Below, piece after piece: positions 1 through 12,114 of a DNA stretch of 64,000 bases. Position 1 is the first letter of the stretch. The number at the start of each line of letters is the position of its first letter. Origin of the DNA: Octopus vulgaris (taxonomy: Eukaryota); assembly GCA_951406725.2 (NCBI GenBank), contig OX597828.1, positions 44,764,001 through 44,828,000 of the forward strand, in the 5' to 3' direction. The translations under genes were made by a program, and so were the position numbers. The notes below the pieces were generated by a model. It was not told the DNA's origin, searched no databases, and saw only the letters and a list, made by a program, of their open reading frames with translations.

Positions 1-490
1 CTTCTCAAAACCAGAAAGGAGAAAGCTAATTCGAAGACTACAGATCCAAGCCATCAGTGGAACTGTAAAAATCTGTAAGACTTTCCAGAAGTTTATAATT
101 TAAGTACATATGCCTAGACATGCAACTATATGCATGAGCATGCATACATAAAACCAAACATACAACTCTGCACATAGCAATACATACATACATACATACA
201 TACATACATACATGCATACATACATGCATGCATGCATGCATGCATACATACATACATACATACATACATACATACATACATACATACATACATACATACA
301 TACAAGCATGCATACATACATACATTCAAGCATACATACGTACATACATACATACATACAAACATACATACATGCATACATACATGCATACTTTGCTGTT
401 GATGTTGAAATTCCAATGAAAGCCTTGGAACTAAGTTAGAAACCAACTATCTCTCTGACAAGAAATCCTGAAATAAAACTAAATGACTAC
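1..490 (+). mobile_element. 3' end of a non-LTR retrotransposon, probably R4/Dong-like (restriction-like endonuclease clade), with microsatellite-containing 3' UTR
   Basis: 2..103 reads FSKPERRKLIRRLQIQAISGTVKICKTFQKFII*, resembling the terminal LQ..A..GT..I motif of R4/Dong ORFs; followed by (TACA)n and a unique UTR-like tail. Confidence 0.45.
181..390. repeat. (TACA)n/(TGCA)n microsatellite
   Basis: Direct reading; generates the MYVC/HTYI ORFs. Confidence 0.95.
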
Positions 491-1514
491 AGACACACAC
501 ACACACACACACATGGACGCATGCACGCACACAAATACAGTTACATAAATAAACTATAGTTATTCCATATCATCAGGTGAAAAACGAAGACCAAATAAGC
601 TACAAAGAAAACAAGAAATAGATAAATATATATGACATTTCAGGGAAAATTAGATTATTTTCTTGCACGTTCACCAATAATGGTTCTCGTCAAATTCTAT
701 AGAAAACTTACAAAAACACCAGAGTAAAATACGAGCATAGGCCCGATTTTTAATGCCAATCAGCTTTCCTCCAACATAGATCCCCTTATCAACACAGCCT
801 GCCAAACCACTATCCCCTCCTCCTGTATACACATACCCCCTCATCCAGCTCCTTCACCTCCATCACCTTTTAATGAAAAAGCTAAACACTTTTGGTTATT
901 GGAAGTAATCAAGATAATTTGGAACACATATGTGTGTGTCTGTGGTGTGTGTATATAAACATACATACACACACACATATGCATATACATATACCATATA
1001 TTTATATATATAAACAAATATGTATATATATATATATATGTATATAAATAAATATATATATATATACATATATATTGTATATATAAATATATCTATTATA
1101 TTTATGCACACATTGGTGCCTAAATGCATACACATATATACACGTAAGCGTGTGTGTGTGATCGTACATTTATATCATAGATTCATCAGAGTAAATCACA
1201 TTTCCTGACAAGCGTCCATGACCTTAATTGTGTTGTCGCCAAAGAGAAGGTGTGTGCATGTGTGTGCGTGTGTGTTTGTGTGTATGTGTGTATGTGTATG
1301 TGTGTGTGTGTGTGAAAACGTGCGTGACAGAGAAAAAAGAACAGATTTCCGTGTTAGGATCAATGTGTGTATGTGTATGAACATCTGGATGTGTGTGTAT
1401 ATATATAAAATATTTTTATATTTTTATATATTTACTTTGTAAAATTGGATTTAATACTAAATTGAATTTTTCCCTGTAAGTTTGGAGTTATACTCCCTAA
1501 TATTATTATTATTA

Positions 1515-1552
<38 letters not shown>

Positions 1553-1553
<1 letters not shown>

Positions 1554-1955
1554 CTCTTTTACTCTTTTACTTGTTTCAGTCATTTGACTGCGGCAATGCT
1601 GGAGCACCGCCTTTAATCGAGCAACTCGACCCCGGGACTTATTCTTTGTAAGCCCAGTACTTATTCTATCGGTCTCTTTTGCCGAACCGCTAAGTAACTG
1701 GGACATAAACACACCAGCTTCGGTTGTCAAGCAATGCTAGGGTGACAAGCACAGACACGCATATATATATATATAAATACTCATATATACGACGGGCTTC
1801 TTTTTCAGTTTCCATCTACCAAATCCACTCACAAGGCATTGGTCGGCCCGAGGCTATAGTAGAAGACACTTGGCCAAGGTGCCATGCGGTGGGACTGAAC
1901 CCGGAACCATGTGATTGGTAAACAAGCTACTTACCACACAGCCACTCCTGTGCCT
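1553..1955 (-). mobile_element. tRNA-derived SINE, family A (about 400 bp, central TA/CA tract, GTAAAAGA tail)
   Basis: Minus-strand head aggcacaggagtggctgtgtggtaag (A box) ... ggttcagtcc (B box); many homologous copies in window. Confidence 0.9.
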
Positions 1956-1986
1956 ATGAATTCATCAAGGTATCAATATATTTATA

Positions 1987-2553
1987 TTGGGTTGTTCGGA
2001 AAGTTCGTGCCGATTTATAGTAGCTTATTTTTTTGACTTATCTCAGAACATGGTTGAGTCCATAAAATAGGATTTGACTACATTTCCATTTAGAGCACAG
2101 TGTAAGCTAACTTTTCGTAGAAGAAGGTTTATATTCCTATAACCTGTGTTAATTCTGTAACCCTTTAAAATGGAAGATAAGAAAGTTTATTTTCTGTATT
2201 TGATGCTTTGGGAACCAGACAAATATTGCTGCAGCTTGGCTGGGATGTGTTACCCCACCCTCCATATTCACCAGATATTTCTCCTTCAGATTTCCACTTA
2301 TTCAGGTCTCTGCAGAATAGTCTTAATGGTAAAAATTTCAATTCCTTTGATGACGTAAAAAGATACCTTGATGAATTCTTTGCCATGAAACCACTTCAAT
2401 TCTGGGAAGAGGGTATTTTTAAGTTAAAGAAAAGATGGAGATGCATTGTGAAACAAAATGGTTCATATTTGGTTGATTAAAAATGTAATGACAAGTATTT
2501 ATTGACCGTTTTCTTTCCTTTAAAAATCGGCACGAACTTTCCGGTCAACCCAA
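1987..2553 (+). mobile_element. Internally deleted mariner element (567 bp)
   Basis: TA-flanked about 30-bp TIRs ttgggttgttcggaaagttcgtgccgattt / aaatcggcacgaactttccggtcaacccaa; MEDKKV N-terminus joined to HPPYSPDISPSDFHLFRSLQ C-terminus. Confidence 0.93.
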
Positions 2554-2554
2554 T

Positions 2555-2591
<37 letters not shown>

Positions 2592-2592
<1 letters not shown>

Positions 2593-3448
2593 GAGGGGGT
2601 ATCCAAAAGTGACCAGAAACGTTCTCTGTGGGACAAGCTCATTGTAATTCAAGTTTCTGTCACTAGAAGACACTTGATGTAACCCTCAGGCATGAGACTG
2701 CCAGCTGGTGTTGTCAGGTGAGGTCGTACTACCACATGGAGTTTCTGTGTTTTGCAGTGATTCTCGTCAATTAGTTGATTTTTCTGATAGCTGAAATGAA
2801 GGAACAATGTGTTTCTGTAAGATCTTGTTTTCTGCAGGGAAAAACAGTGGCTGAAACAGTTGTCATGCTTCAAACAACTTACAAGGCCACTGCCATGAGC
2901 AAAGTGGTTTCCAAGCTTTAGCAATGTTCACATGTCTCTCGAAGACCAATCACATTCAGGATGACCATCGACATCCCAAATGAATGAAAGCATCGTGAAA
3001 ATTCATGAACCGATATTGAAATGACTGGTGTGTCCTGGAGTTCTTGTCAACGAATTTGGGGCAAGGAATGAAAAGAAATGCATCAAAATTTGTACCTCTC
3101 TTGCTCAGGGAAGATCTAAACCAGTAACGACAACTGAATGCATTTCAAGAATTGAAAGAACAGTTGGAAGCTGATCCATACCATTTTGTCGAAGGTTATC
3201 ACTGGTGACAGAAGCTGGTGTTATGGTATTTACAGATGTGGAAGAGATGAAGATAAAAAAGAACAGAGGCATTAAAAGACATCACTTCTCAAGAGTTCCA
3301 GCACTGCTTCGAACATTGGGAAATGTGCCTGGACCGATGTATTGCTTCAAATGGAGAATACTTTGAAGGTGATAAAACTGTAAGCAGGTAAAACTAAATG
3401 GATTAAAATAATATTACAAAATTCTTGTTTCTTTTGGGTAGCCCCTCG
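2592..3448 (+). mobile_element. Degenerate, internally deleted mariner element of a second family
   Basis: TIRs (c/t)gagggggtatccaaaag / cttttgggtagcccctcg; remnants GKTVAET, SLEDQSHSG, KVITGDRSWCYG, RCIASNGEYFEGD with stops and frameshifts. Confidence 0.85.
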
Positions 3449-3499
3449 ATGTATGTAGGCATTTATATATATGTAGGTAGATAGATAGATAAATACATA

Positions 3500-3540
<41 letters not shown>

Positions 3541-3541
3541 G

Positions 3542-3572
<31 letters not shown>

Positions 3573-3584
3573 CTCTCTCTATCT

Positions 3585-3639
<55 letters not shown>

Positions 3640-3918
3640 CTGGCTCTCATGCAGGTAGCCTGTAAAAACACCTTTTGAACATTGTCGTTGCCAGGACCGC
3701 CTGACTGGCCTTCGTGCCAGTAGCATGTAAAAGCACCCACTACACTCTCAGAGAGGTTGGCGTTAGGAAGAGCATCCAGTTGTAGAAACTTTGCCAGATC
3801 AGATTGAGCCTGGTGCAGTCTTCTGGCTCACCAGTCCTCAGTCAAACCGTCCAACCCATGCCAGCATGGAAAGTGGACCTTAAACGACGGCAATGACGAC
3901 GACGATAATGATGATGAG
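3640..3918 (+). mobile_element. RTE-LINE 3' UTR fragment ending in (GAT)n
   Basis: Contains aaaagcacccactacactc...ggttggcgttaggaag...aaccgtccaacccatgccagcatgg, homologous to the UTR of the RTE copy at 48770-49890. Confidence 0.8.
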
Positions 3919-4068
3919 GATATATATATATACACACACACACACATATGTATATATATATATATATATCTATACACATATATACATACATAAATATATA
4001 TATATGCATGTGTGTATACATATATATATACATAAATTCACATGTATATATATACACACACATATATT

Positions 4069-4105
<37 letters not shown>

Positions 4106-4587
4106 GTTTGTATATAAGTACATACAGATTTATGTGTATGTGTACAAATTTATAGACCTATCTATTTATCCATGTATACACACATACTTTTCTATATGTG
4201 TGTGTGAAAGCTTGCATCTGTATCTGTGTGCGTATGTGTATATATGTGTATGTGCGTATGCCTGCCTCTGTGTGCATGTGTGTGTGTGTGTGCTTGGGAA
4301 TATGTATAGCATTTGTAGTGATGGAATATAACAGGGAAACATCAAAGAATATAACTGTACCTTGTTCGATTTTGTTAGTGGGTGTATTGTAATACACACA
4401 CACACACACACACTACAGACACACAACCTCCTTCCACACACATACACCCCCCTGCTAACACACACATAAACATGTTAATATATACTTTCTGACTCTCTCT
4501 CTCTCTTTGAATCTCTTTTCTTTCTTTCCCTTAACTGTTTCATTCATCATCATCATCACACACACACACTATAGACATATATATATT

Positions 4588-4979
4588 TACTCTTTTACTC
4601 TTTTACTTGTTTCAGTCATTTGACTGCGGCCATGCTGGAGCACCACCTTTAATCAAGCAAATCGACCCCGGGACTTATTCTTTGTAAGCTCAGTACTTAT
4701 TCCATCGGTCTCTTTTGAGACGTAAACACACCAGCATCGGTTGTCAAGCAATGCTAGGGGGACAAATACAGACACACAAACACATACACACACATATATA
4801 TATATATATACATATATATGACAGGCTTCTTTCAGTTTCCGTCTACCAAATCCACTCACAAGGCATTGGTCAGCCCGGGGCTATAGCAAAAGACACTTGC
4901 CCAAGATGCCACGCAGTGGGACTGAACCTGGAACCATGTGGTTGGTTAGCAAGCTACTTACCACACAGCCACTCCTGCG
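4588..4979 (-). mobile_element. SINE family A
   Basis: Homologous to 1553-1955, with a small internal deletion. Confidence 0.9.
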
Positions 4980-4980
4980 A

Positions 4981-5018
<38 letters not shown>

Positions 5019-5139
5019 TGGTATATTATTAAGAATAATGAAGACTTTTATATGCATGCATACATATATGTAGATGTGTATGTCCGTCTGTGTATGCGAG
5101 TGTATGCATTTGTGCCTATATGTGTGTGCATGTGTATGT

Positions 5140-5557
5140 AGGAGTGGCTGTATGGTAAGTAGCTTGCTTACCAACAACATGGTTTCGGGTTCAGTCCCAC
5201 TGCATGGCACCTTGGGCAAGTGTCTTCTACTATAGCCTCGGGCTGAACAAAGCCTTGTGAGTAGATTTGGTAGACGGAAACTGAAAGAAGCCCGTCGTAT
5301 ATATGTATATATATATGTGTGTGTGTGTATGTGTATATGTTTGTGTGTCTGTGTTTGTCCTCCAATATCACTTGACAACCGATGCTGGTATGTTTAAGTC
5401 CCCGTAATTTAGTGGTTCGGCAAAAGAGACCGATAGAATAAGTACTAAGCTTACAAAGTATAAGTCCTGGGGTCGATTTGCTCGACTAAAGGCGGTGTTC
5501 CAGCATGGCCACAGTCAAATGACTGAAACAAGTAAAAGAGTAAAAGAGAGTAAAGAG
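5140..5557 (+). mobile_element. SINE family A
   Basis: aggagtggctgtatggtaagtagc head through agtaaaagagtaaaagag tail. Confidence 0.9.
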
Positions 5558-5867
5558 TATACAATGAGAGAGAGAGAGCGACAGAGAGAGAAATATGAAT
5601 ATAGAAGAAATTGACACAGAACCTTTCATTAATTTAGTGATAGATTAATTGATCAATAGATTGACTGATGTATGGATAGACAAACAGACAGACAGGTAGG
5701 TGTGCAAATGAAAGAAAAGGCAGTAAGAATAAATTTCCTAGAAGTTATATTATTTCTATATATTAACAGTATTATTCAGAACTGCATATCTTTATGTGTT
5801 CCAATGTTGTTCTTTTATTCATGTGAAACATTAAGTTGTGTGGAACAGAATCAAACTATTCATACAG

Positions 5868-7243
5868 CTAAAAGCACGTGGAAAGCACCCATGGCAGTAC
5901 CACATGGAAAGCACCCATGGCAGTACCACATGGAAAGCACCCATGGCAGAACCACATTGAAAGCACCCATGGCAGTACCACATGGAAAGCACCCATGGCA
6001 GAACCACATGGAAAGCACCCATGGCAGAACCACATGGAAAGCACCCATGGCAGAACCACATGGAAAGCACCCATGGCAGAACCACATGGAAAGCACCCAT
6101 GGCAGAACCACATGGAAAGCACCCATGGCAGAACCACATGGAAAGCACCCATGAAAGAACCACATGGAAAGCACCCATGGCAGAAACACATGGAAAGCAC
6201 CCATGGCAGAACCACATGGAAAGCACCCATGGCAGAACCACATGGAAAGCACCCATGGCAGAACCACATGGAAAGCACCCATGGCAGTACCACATGGAAA
6301 GCACCCATGGCAGAACCACATGGAAAGCACCCATGGCAGAAACACATGGATAGCACCCATGGCAGAACCACATGGAAAGCACCCATGGCAGTACCACATG
6401 GAAAGCACCCATGGCAGAACCACATTGAAAGCACCCATGGCAGTACCACATGGAAAGCACCCATGGCAGAACCACATGGAAAGCACCCATGGCAGAACCA
6501 CATGGAAAGCACCCATGGCAGAACCACATGGAAAGCACCCATGGCAGAACCACATGGAAAGCACCCATGGCAGAAACACATGGAAAGCACCCATGGCAGA
6601 ACCACATGGAAAGCACCCATGGCAGAACCACATGGAAAGCACCCATGGCAGAAACACATGGAAAGCACCCATGGCAGAAACACATGGATAGCACCCATGG
6701 CAGAACCACATGGAAAGCACCCATGGCAGAACCACATGGAAAGCACCCATGGCAGAACCACATGGAAAGCACCCATGGCAGAACCACATGGAAAGCACCC
6801 ATGGCAGAAACACATGGAAAGCACCCATGGCAGAACCACATGGAAAGCACCCATGGCAGTACCACATGGAAAGCACCCATGGCAGTACCACATGGAAAGC
6901 ACCCATGGCAGTACCACATGGAAAGCACCCATGGCAGAACCACATGGAAAGCACCCATGGCAGAAACACATGGAAAGCACCCATGGCAGTATCACATGGA
7001 TAGCACCCATGGCAGTACCACATGGAAAGCACCCATAGCAGTACCACATGGAAAGCACCCATGGCAGAACCACATGGAAAGCACCCATGGCAGAACCACA
7101 TGGAAAGCACCCATGGCAGAACCACATGGAAAGCACCCATGGCAGAATCACATGGAAAGCACCCATGGCAGAAACACATGGAAAGCACCCATGGCAGAAC
7201 CACATGGAAAGCACCCATGGCAGAACCACATGGAAAGCACCCA
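5868..7243. repeat. 26-bp minisatellite, about 53 copies (gaaagcacccatggcagaaccacatg)
   Basis: Direct reading; few variant positions (gaac/gtac/gaaa, gaaag/gatag). Confidence 0.97.
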
Positions 7244-7552
7244 TCCTGGCATTACATAAAAATCACCAGAGCTGATGCTACATAGGGTGCACCCATGCTG
7301 GTGCCATGTAAAAGCACTGATGATGTTGCTGCATAAAAAGTACCCAGTACTCTCTGTAGAGTGGTTTGTTTTAGGAAAGGCATCCACTTGTAGAAACCAT
7401 GTCAAAACAGACAACTAGATCCTGGTCCAGCCTTCTGGCTTGTCAGCACCTTTGAAACTGTCCAACCCATGCCAGCATGGTAAACAAAATATCAATGATG
7501 ATGATGATGGTAACATTGATGATGATAACACTGATGATGATGATGATGATGA
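7244..7552 (+). mobile_element. Diverged RTE-LINE 3' UTR fragment ending in (GAT)n
   Basis: gtaaaagcac motifs, ttaggaaaggcatcc, tccaacccatgccagcatgg, GAT tail. Confidence 0.75.
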
Positions 7553-8094
7553 ACTTTTCCATCAAGTTTGGTGCTTGAGCATTAATATTTTTTTGTTATC
7601 AACTGGTTAAACCTACTGATCAAACTATGTTTAAAAGTGGTTGAATATTCCTCATATGTGTTACTTTTATGTAGCTGTTGGATAGACTCAATGTGACATC
7701 ATTCTGTGAAGTATGAACTTGTAAATGATGGATGATCATACGTCATATTGCCTGCCACGCCCGTAAAAAGCCTTGAGAAGCTACTAAATAATATAAGTGG
7801 AACTCTGTAGACTAGAACCTTTGAAAAGGCAGAATCCTTCCAATGGGGAGTTAATGGGATTTTTAGCAGCTACAGATTGGAGTGTGTGTATTACAATACA
7901 CCAGCTAACAAAATCAAACAAGGTTCAGTTGCTTTCCTATCTTCTTTGATGTTTCCCTGTTTCCCTGTTATATTCCATTGCGACAAACGCTATACATATT
8001 CCCAAACACACACACACACACAGGAATATTCACATACACATATATGCACATATGCACACAGATACAGAAGGTGAGGAATGCATGGGTGCATGTT

Positions 8095-8292
8095 TGCATC
8101 TGTTGTGTATAATGCTGGAAACGATATTATCTAAGCATAAGAAGCTAACCTTGATATTATGGTGATTAAAGAGTTTATGATATCTATAGTTTCTTGGGAA
8201 ATGGTTTTTAATTAGCACCTGGAAGCTTTTAGCAACGTTAATGGAAACCTTTATGTTGAATAGAGGATTAAACTAGATTACTTTTCCCTTTT
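8095..8292 (-). pseudogene. Penelope-like element ORF fragment (region between RT and GIY-YIG endonuclease)
   Basis: Translates KVI*FNPLFNIKVSINVAKSFQVLIKNHFPRNYRYHKLFNHHNIKVSFLCLDNI, matching the Penelope-type WFNPPF...KHFP...HKIFN...KVSYSC motif. Confidence 0.8.
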
Positions 8293-8462
8293 GAAATCAT
8301 TCCATGTTATGGAGAAAGAAGAGAAAGAATAGGGAAAAGAAAAGAAGAAGGAGGAGGAGGAGGAGAAGAAAGGGGAGGAGGAGGAGAAAAAGAGGAAAGA
8401 AGAAGAAGAGCATGAGGAGAAGAAAGATAAGAAGAGCATCAAAAGTGAAACATATTACTTAC

Positions 8463-8648
8463 CCTTTGTAGCACCAGTATATGGCAGATATTATTGAGAA
8501 AAACGTTAATCAGAATACAAGTTAGAATCAATATTTTATCAGAATATGTTTGGTTCTGTTGTAAAGAAATCGACAACTCCTTAATATTAGACATTATAAC
8601 CACAAGGTACCACTGTATTCTCTTCTTTGTGCTATTTTGATTTTAGTC
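8463..8648 (-). CDS. Frameshifted internal exon of a single-pass receptor: end of FN3-like domain plus transmembrane helix
   Basis: Acceptor aataatttcag|GACT and donor AGG|gtaagt; 186 nt. No single open frame, but pieces TKIKIAQ / EENT / WYLVVIMSNI / TYSDKILILTCIL / LTFFSIISAIYWCYK can be joined across frame changes, with the start in phase with exon 11577-11734. Confidence 0.6.
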
Positions 8649-10990
8649 CTGAAATTATTTACAAAAGAGTTCTGTTGATATTTTTTAAAGAATTTACCAA
8701 AAGAGACAGAATTTGAAATTATTTAAGAAATCTTCAGTCCTTATTTTGAGACATATATATCCAATTCTTCAAAGAGACAGAATTTACTAAAAGAGACCAT
8801 TCACCACTACTGTGAAATTATTTACAAAAGGACAGAATTTGATATTTTTTTACCAAAAAGAGACAGAATTTACCAAAAGAGACAGAATTTACCAAGAGAC
8901 AGAATTTGAAATTATTTAAGAAATAAATTTTAGTCCTGAAATTATTTACCAGAGACAGAATGATATTTTTACCAAAAAAGACAGTACCAAAAGAGACAGA
9001 ATTTGAAATTATTTAAGAAATAGATTTTAGTCCTGAAATTATTTACAAAAGAGACAGAATTTGATATTTTTTTTACCAAAAAGAGACAGAATTTACTAAA
9101 AGAGACAGAATTTGAAATTATTTAAGAAATAGATTTTAGTCCTGAAATTATTTACAAAAGAGACAGAATTTGATATTTTTTTTACCAAAAAGAGACAGAA
9201 TTTACCAAAAGAGACAGAATTTGAAATTATTTAAGAAATAGATTTTAGTCCTGAAATTATTTACAAAAGAGACAGAATTTGATATTTTTTTTACCAAAAA
9301 GAGACAGAATTTACCAAAAGAGACAGAATTTGAAATTATTTAAGAAATAGATTTTAGTCCTGAAATTATTTACAAAAGAGACAGAATTTGATATTTTTTT
9401 ACCAAAAAGAGACAGAATTTACCAAAAGAGACAGAATTTACCAAAAGAGACAGAATTTACAAAAGAGACAGAATTTACCAAAAGAGACAGAATTTACCAA
9501 AAGAGACAGAATTTGAAATTATTTAAGAAATAAATTTTAGTCCTGAAATTATTTACAAAAGAGACAGAATTTGATATTTTTTTTTACCAAAAAGAGACAG
9601 AATTTACTAAAAGAGACAGAATTTGAAATTATTTAAGAAATAGATTTTAGTCCTGAAATTATTTACAAAAGAGACAGAATTTGATATTCTTTTACCAAAT
9701 AGAGACAGAATTTACCAAAAGAGACAGAATTTGAAATTATTTAAGAAATAAATTTTAGTTCCTGAAATTATTTACAAAAGAGACAGAATTTGATATTTTT
9801 TTTACCAAAAAGAGACAGAATTTACTAAAAGAGACAGAATTTACAAAAGAGAATTTGAAATTATTTAAGAAATAGATTTCAGTTCTGAAATTATTTACAA
9901 AAGAGACAGAATTTGATATTTTTTTACCAAAAAGAGACAGAATTTATCAAAAGAGACAGAATTTGAAATTATTTAAGAAATAGATTTTAGTCCTGAAATT
10001 ATTTACCAAAGAGACAGAATTTGATATTTTTTTACCAAAAAGAGACAGAATTTACCAAAAGAGACAGAATTTGAAATTATTTAAGAAATAGATTTCAGTC
10101 CTGAAATTATTTACAAAAGAGACAGAATTTGATATTTTTTTACCAAAAAGAGACAGAATTTATCAAAAGAGACAGAATTTGAAATTATTTAAGAAATAGA
10201 TTTTAGTCCTGAAATTATTTACCAAAGAGACAGAATTTGATATTTTTTTACGAAAAAGAGACAGAATTTACCAAAAGAGACAGAATTTGATATTTTTTTA
10301 CCAAAAGAGACAAAATTTGAAATTATTTAAGAAATAGATTTTAGTCCTGAAATTATTTACAAAAGAGACAGGATTTGATATTTTTTTACCAAAAAGAGAC
10401 AGAATTTGATATTTTTACCAAAAAGAGACAGAATTTACCAAAAGAGACAGAATTTGAAATTATTTAAGAAATAGATTTCAGTTCTGAAATTATTTACAAA
10501 AGAGACAGAATTTGAAATTTTTTTACCAAAAAGAGACAGAATTTACTAAAAGAGACAGAATTTGAAATTATTTAAGAAATAGATTTCAGTCCTGAAATTA
10601 TTTACAAAAGAGACAGAATTTGATATTTTTTTACCAAAAAGAGACAAAATTTGATATTTTTTTACCAAAAGAGACAGAATTTACCAAAAGAGACAAAATT
10701 TGAAATTATTTAAGAAATAGATTTTAGTCCTGAAATTATTTACAAAAGAGACAGAATTTGATATTTTTTTACCAAAAAGAGACAGAATTTACCAAAAGAG
10801 ACAAAATTTGAAATTATTTAAGAAATAGATTTCAGTCCTGAAATTATTTACAAAAGAGACAGAATTTGATATTTTTTTACGAAAAAGAGACAGAATTTAC
10901 CAAAAGAAACAGAATTTGAAATTATTTAAGAAATAGATTTTAGTCCTGAAATTATTTACAAAAGAGACAGAACTTGAAATTATTTTACCA
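8636..10990. repeat. About 109-bp higher-order minisatellite (about 20 units) built from aaaagagacagaattt sub-repeats; overlaps the exon acceptor
   Basis: gattttagtcctgaaattattt recurs at 9023, 9132, 9241, 9350 (109-bp period) and onward to about 10940. Confidence 0.95.
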
Positions 10991-11576
10991 AAGAAAACTG
11001 TGCATTTGGTGTAAATTGGCATTCTTGATATTAAGTTTGTTCATTCTATCAGGGTTGACAAGGTGCCAAACACTCCATTCTCTGACTTACCCAGGCGTTT
11101 TGTATCAAGTGCTGTATTTTCTGTGTGGTTAATCCCTTTGTCTGCCTTTGTTTGTCCCCTCTATGTTTAGTCCCCAGTGGGCAATAAAGAAATATATATA
11201 TGTAAAGCTTCTAACAATGCAGAAATGACAACTGAAAAACCCTTTATATTTTTTGGTTGCAAAGGCCTATCTTCTGGAGGGCACAGTCAAAGAAATGTGT
11301 GTCTACATAGATCTTGTCATTTGGATAGCCAGATGGGCAGTGACCCCGTTTTTGTCCAGTGCTTGAGCAAGTATCAGTTGCAATAGTCCATTATCCCTGA
11401 ACTTAGAAATTACCCTGGAATTTAAAAAAATTCCCTTTCTTGATAAACAGGCTAGTGTTGGCAACTGGAAGAGCATCCAACTGGAGAAGTACTACCTCAA
11501 ATAGTTCCACTATCAAAGTCATGCTTGCTCAGAAAATTAGATTTTACAAAAATGAATGAAAAATTGATTCGCAAAC

Positions 11577-11734
11577 CTTGATTTTTGAGTCTGGGTGATC
11601 CCTTCAGGATTGAACTGCTGACCTAGAGGAAACTGGCTCATTTTTATGTGATATGATATGAGGTAATAGTCTACAGGAAATCTTTGTGCTTCACTCACTG
11701 TATAGTCAATGGAGATGTTAAACTGAACAGCATC
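11577..11734 (-). CDS. Internal coding exon, fibronectin type III-like segment of a cell-surface receptor
   Basis: Strong acceptor ttttttcattttttgcag|GAT and donor AAG|gtttgc; 158 nt, only phase 0 is open: DAVQFNISIDYTVSEAQRFPVDYYLISYHIKMSQFPLGQQFNPEGITQTQKS(R). PVDYYLISY resembles the FN3 C-strand; NIS is a glycosylation sequon. Confidence 0.7.
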
Positions 11735-11799
11735 CTGCAAAAAATGAAAAAAAAAAACATGAAATAATAATAAACACATAATCAATAATAAAAATGGAT

Positions 11800-11990
11800 G
11801 GTGCCATATACAAACACTCAGTCCATGCTGTAAAGTGGTGGCATTAGGAAGGACATCCAGCCACATAAACCATGGCAAACCGGTCAGGTGCCAGACGTGG
11901 CCCCTGGCTTGTTAGCCCCCTGTCAAACCGTCCAACCCATACAAGTATGGAAAACGGATGTTACATGATTAAGATGATGATGATGATGAT
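11800..11990 (+). mobile_element. Diverged RTE-LINE 3' UTR fragment
   Basis: ggcattaggaaggacatccagc...aaccgtccaacccat...(GAT)n. Confidence 0.7.
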
Positions 11991-12114
11991 AAATTAATTT
12001 ATGCCTAGAACTAATATTTCGCTCATTGATAGAATAAACAAAGTACTTATTATTATTATTATTATTATTAAATTCAATAATATATCAAGAAAAAAAAAAA
12101 AAACTTTTCTCTAC

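Noticed and set aside
712-798. Minus-strand exon candidate ending in gtaagt
   Set aside because: No polypyrimidine tract, phase incompatible with the TM exon, and unrecognisable peptide.
5831-7285. 375-458 aa repetitive ORFs (MESTHG.. / MGAFHV..)
   Set aside because: Open on both strands in several frames because the 26-bp unit lacks stops; no unique coding context.
5868-10990. CRISPR-like appearance of the tandem arrays (also 48950-49500)
   Set aside because: Units are contiguous with no unique spacers, there are no cas genes, and the context is eukaryotic.
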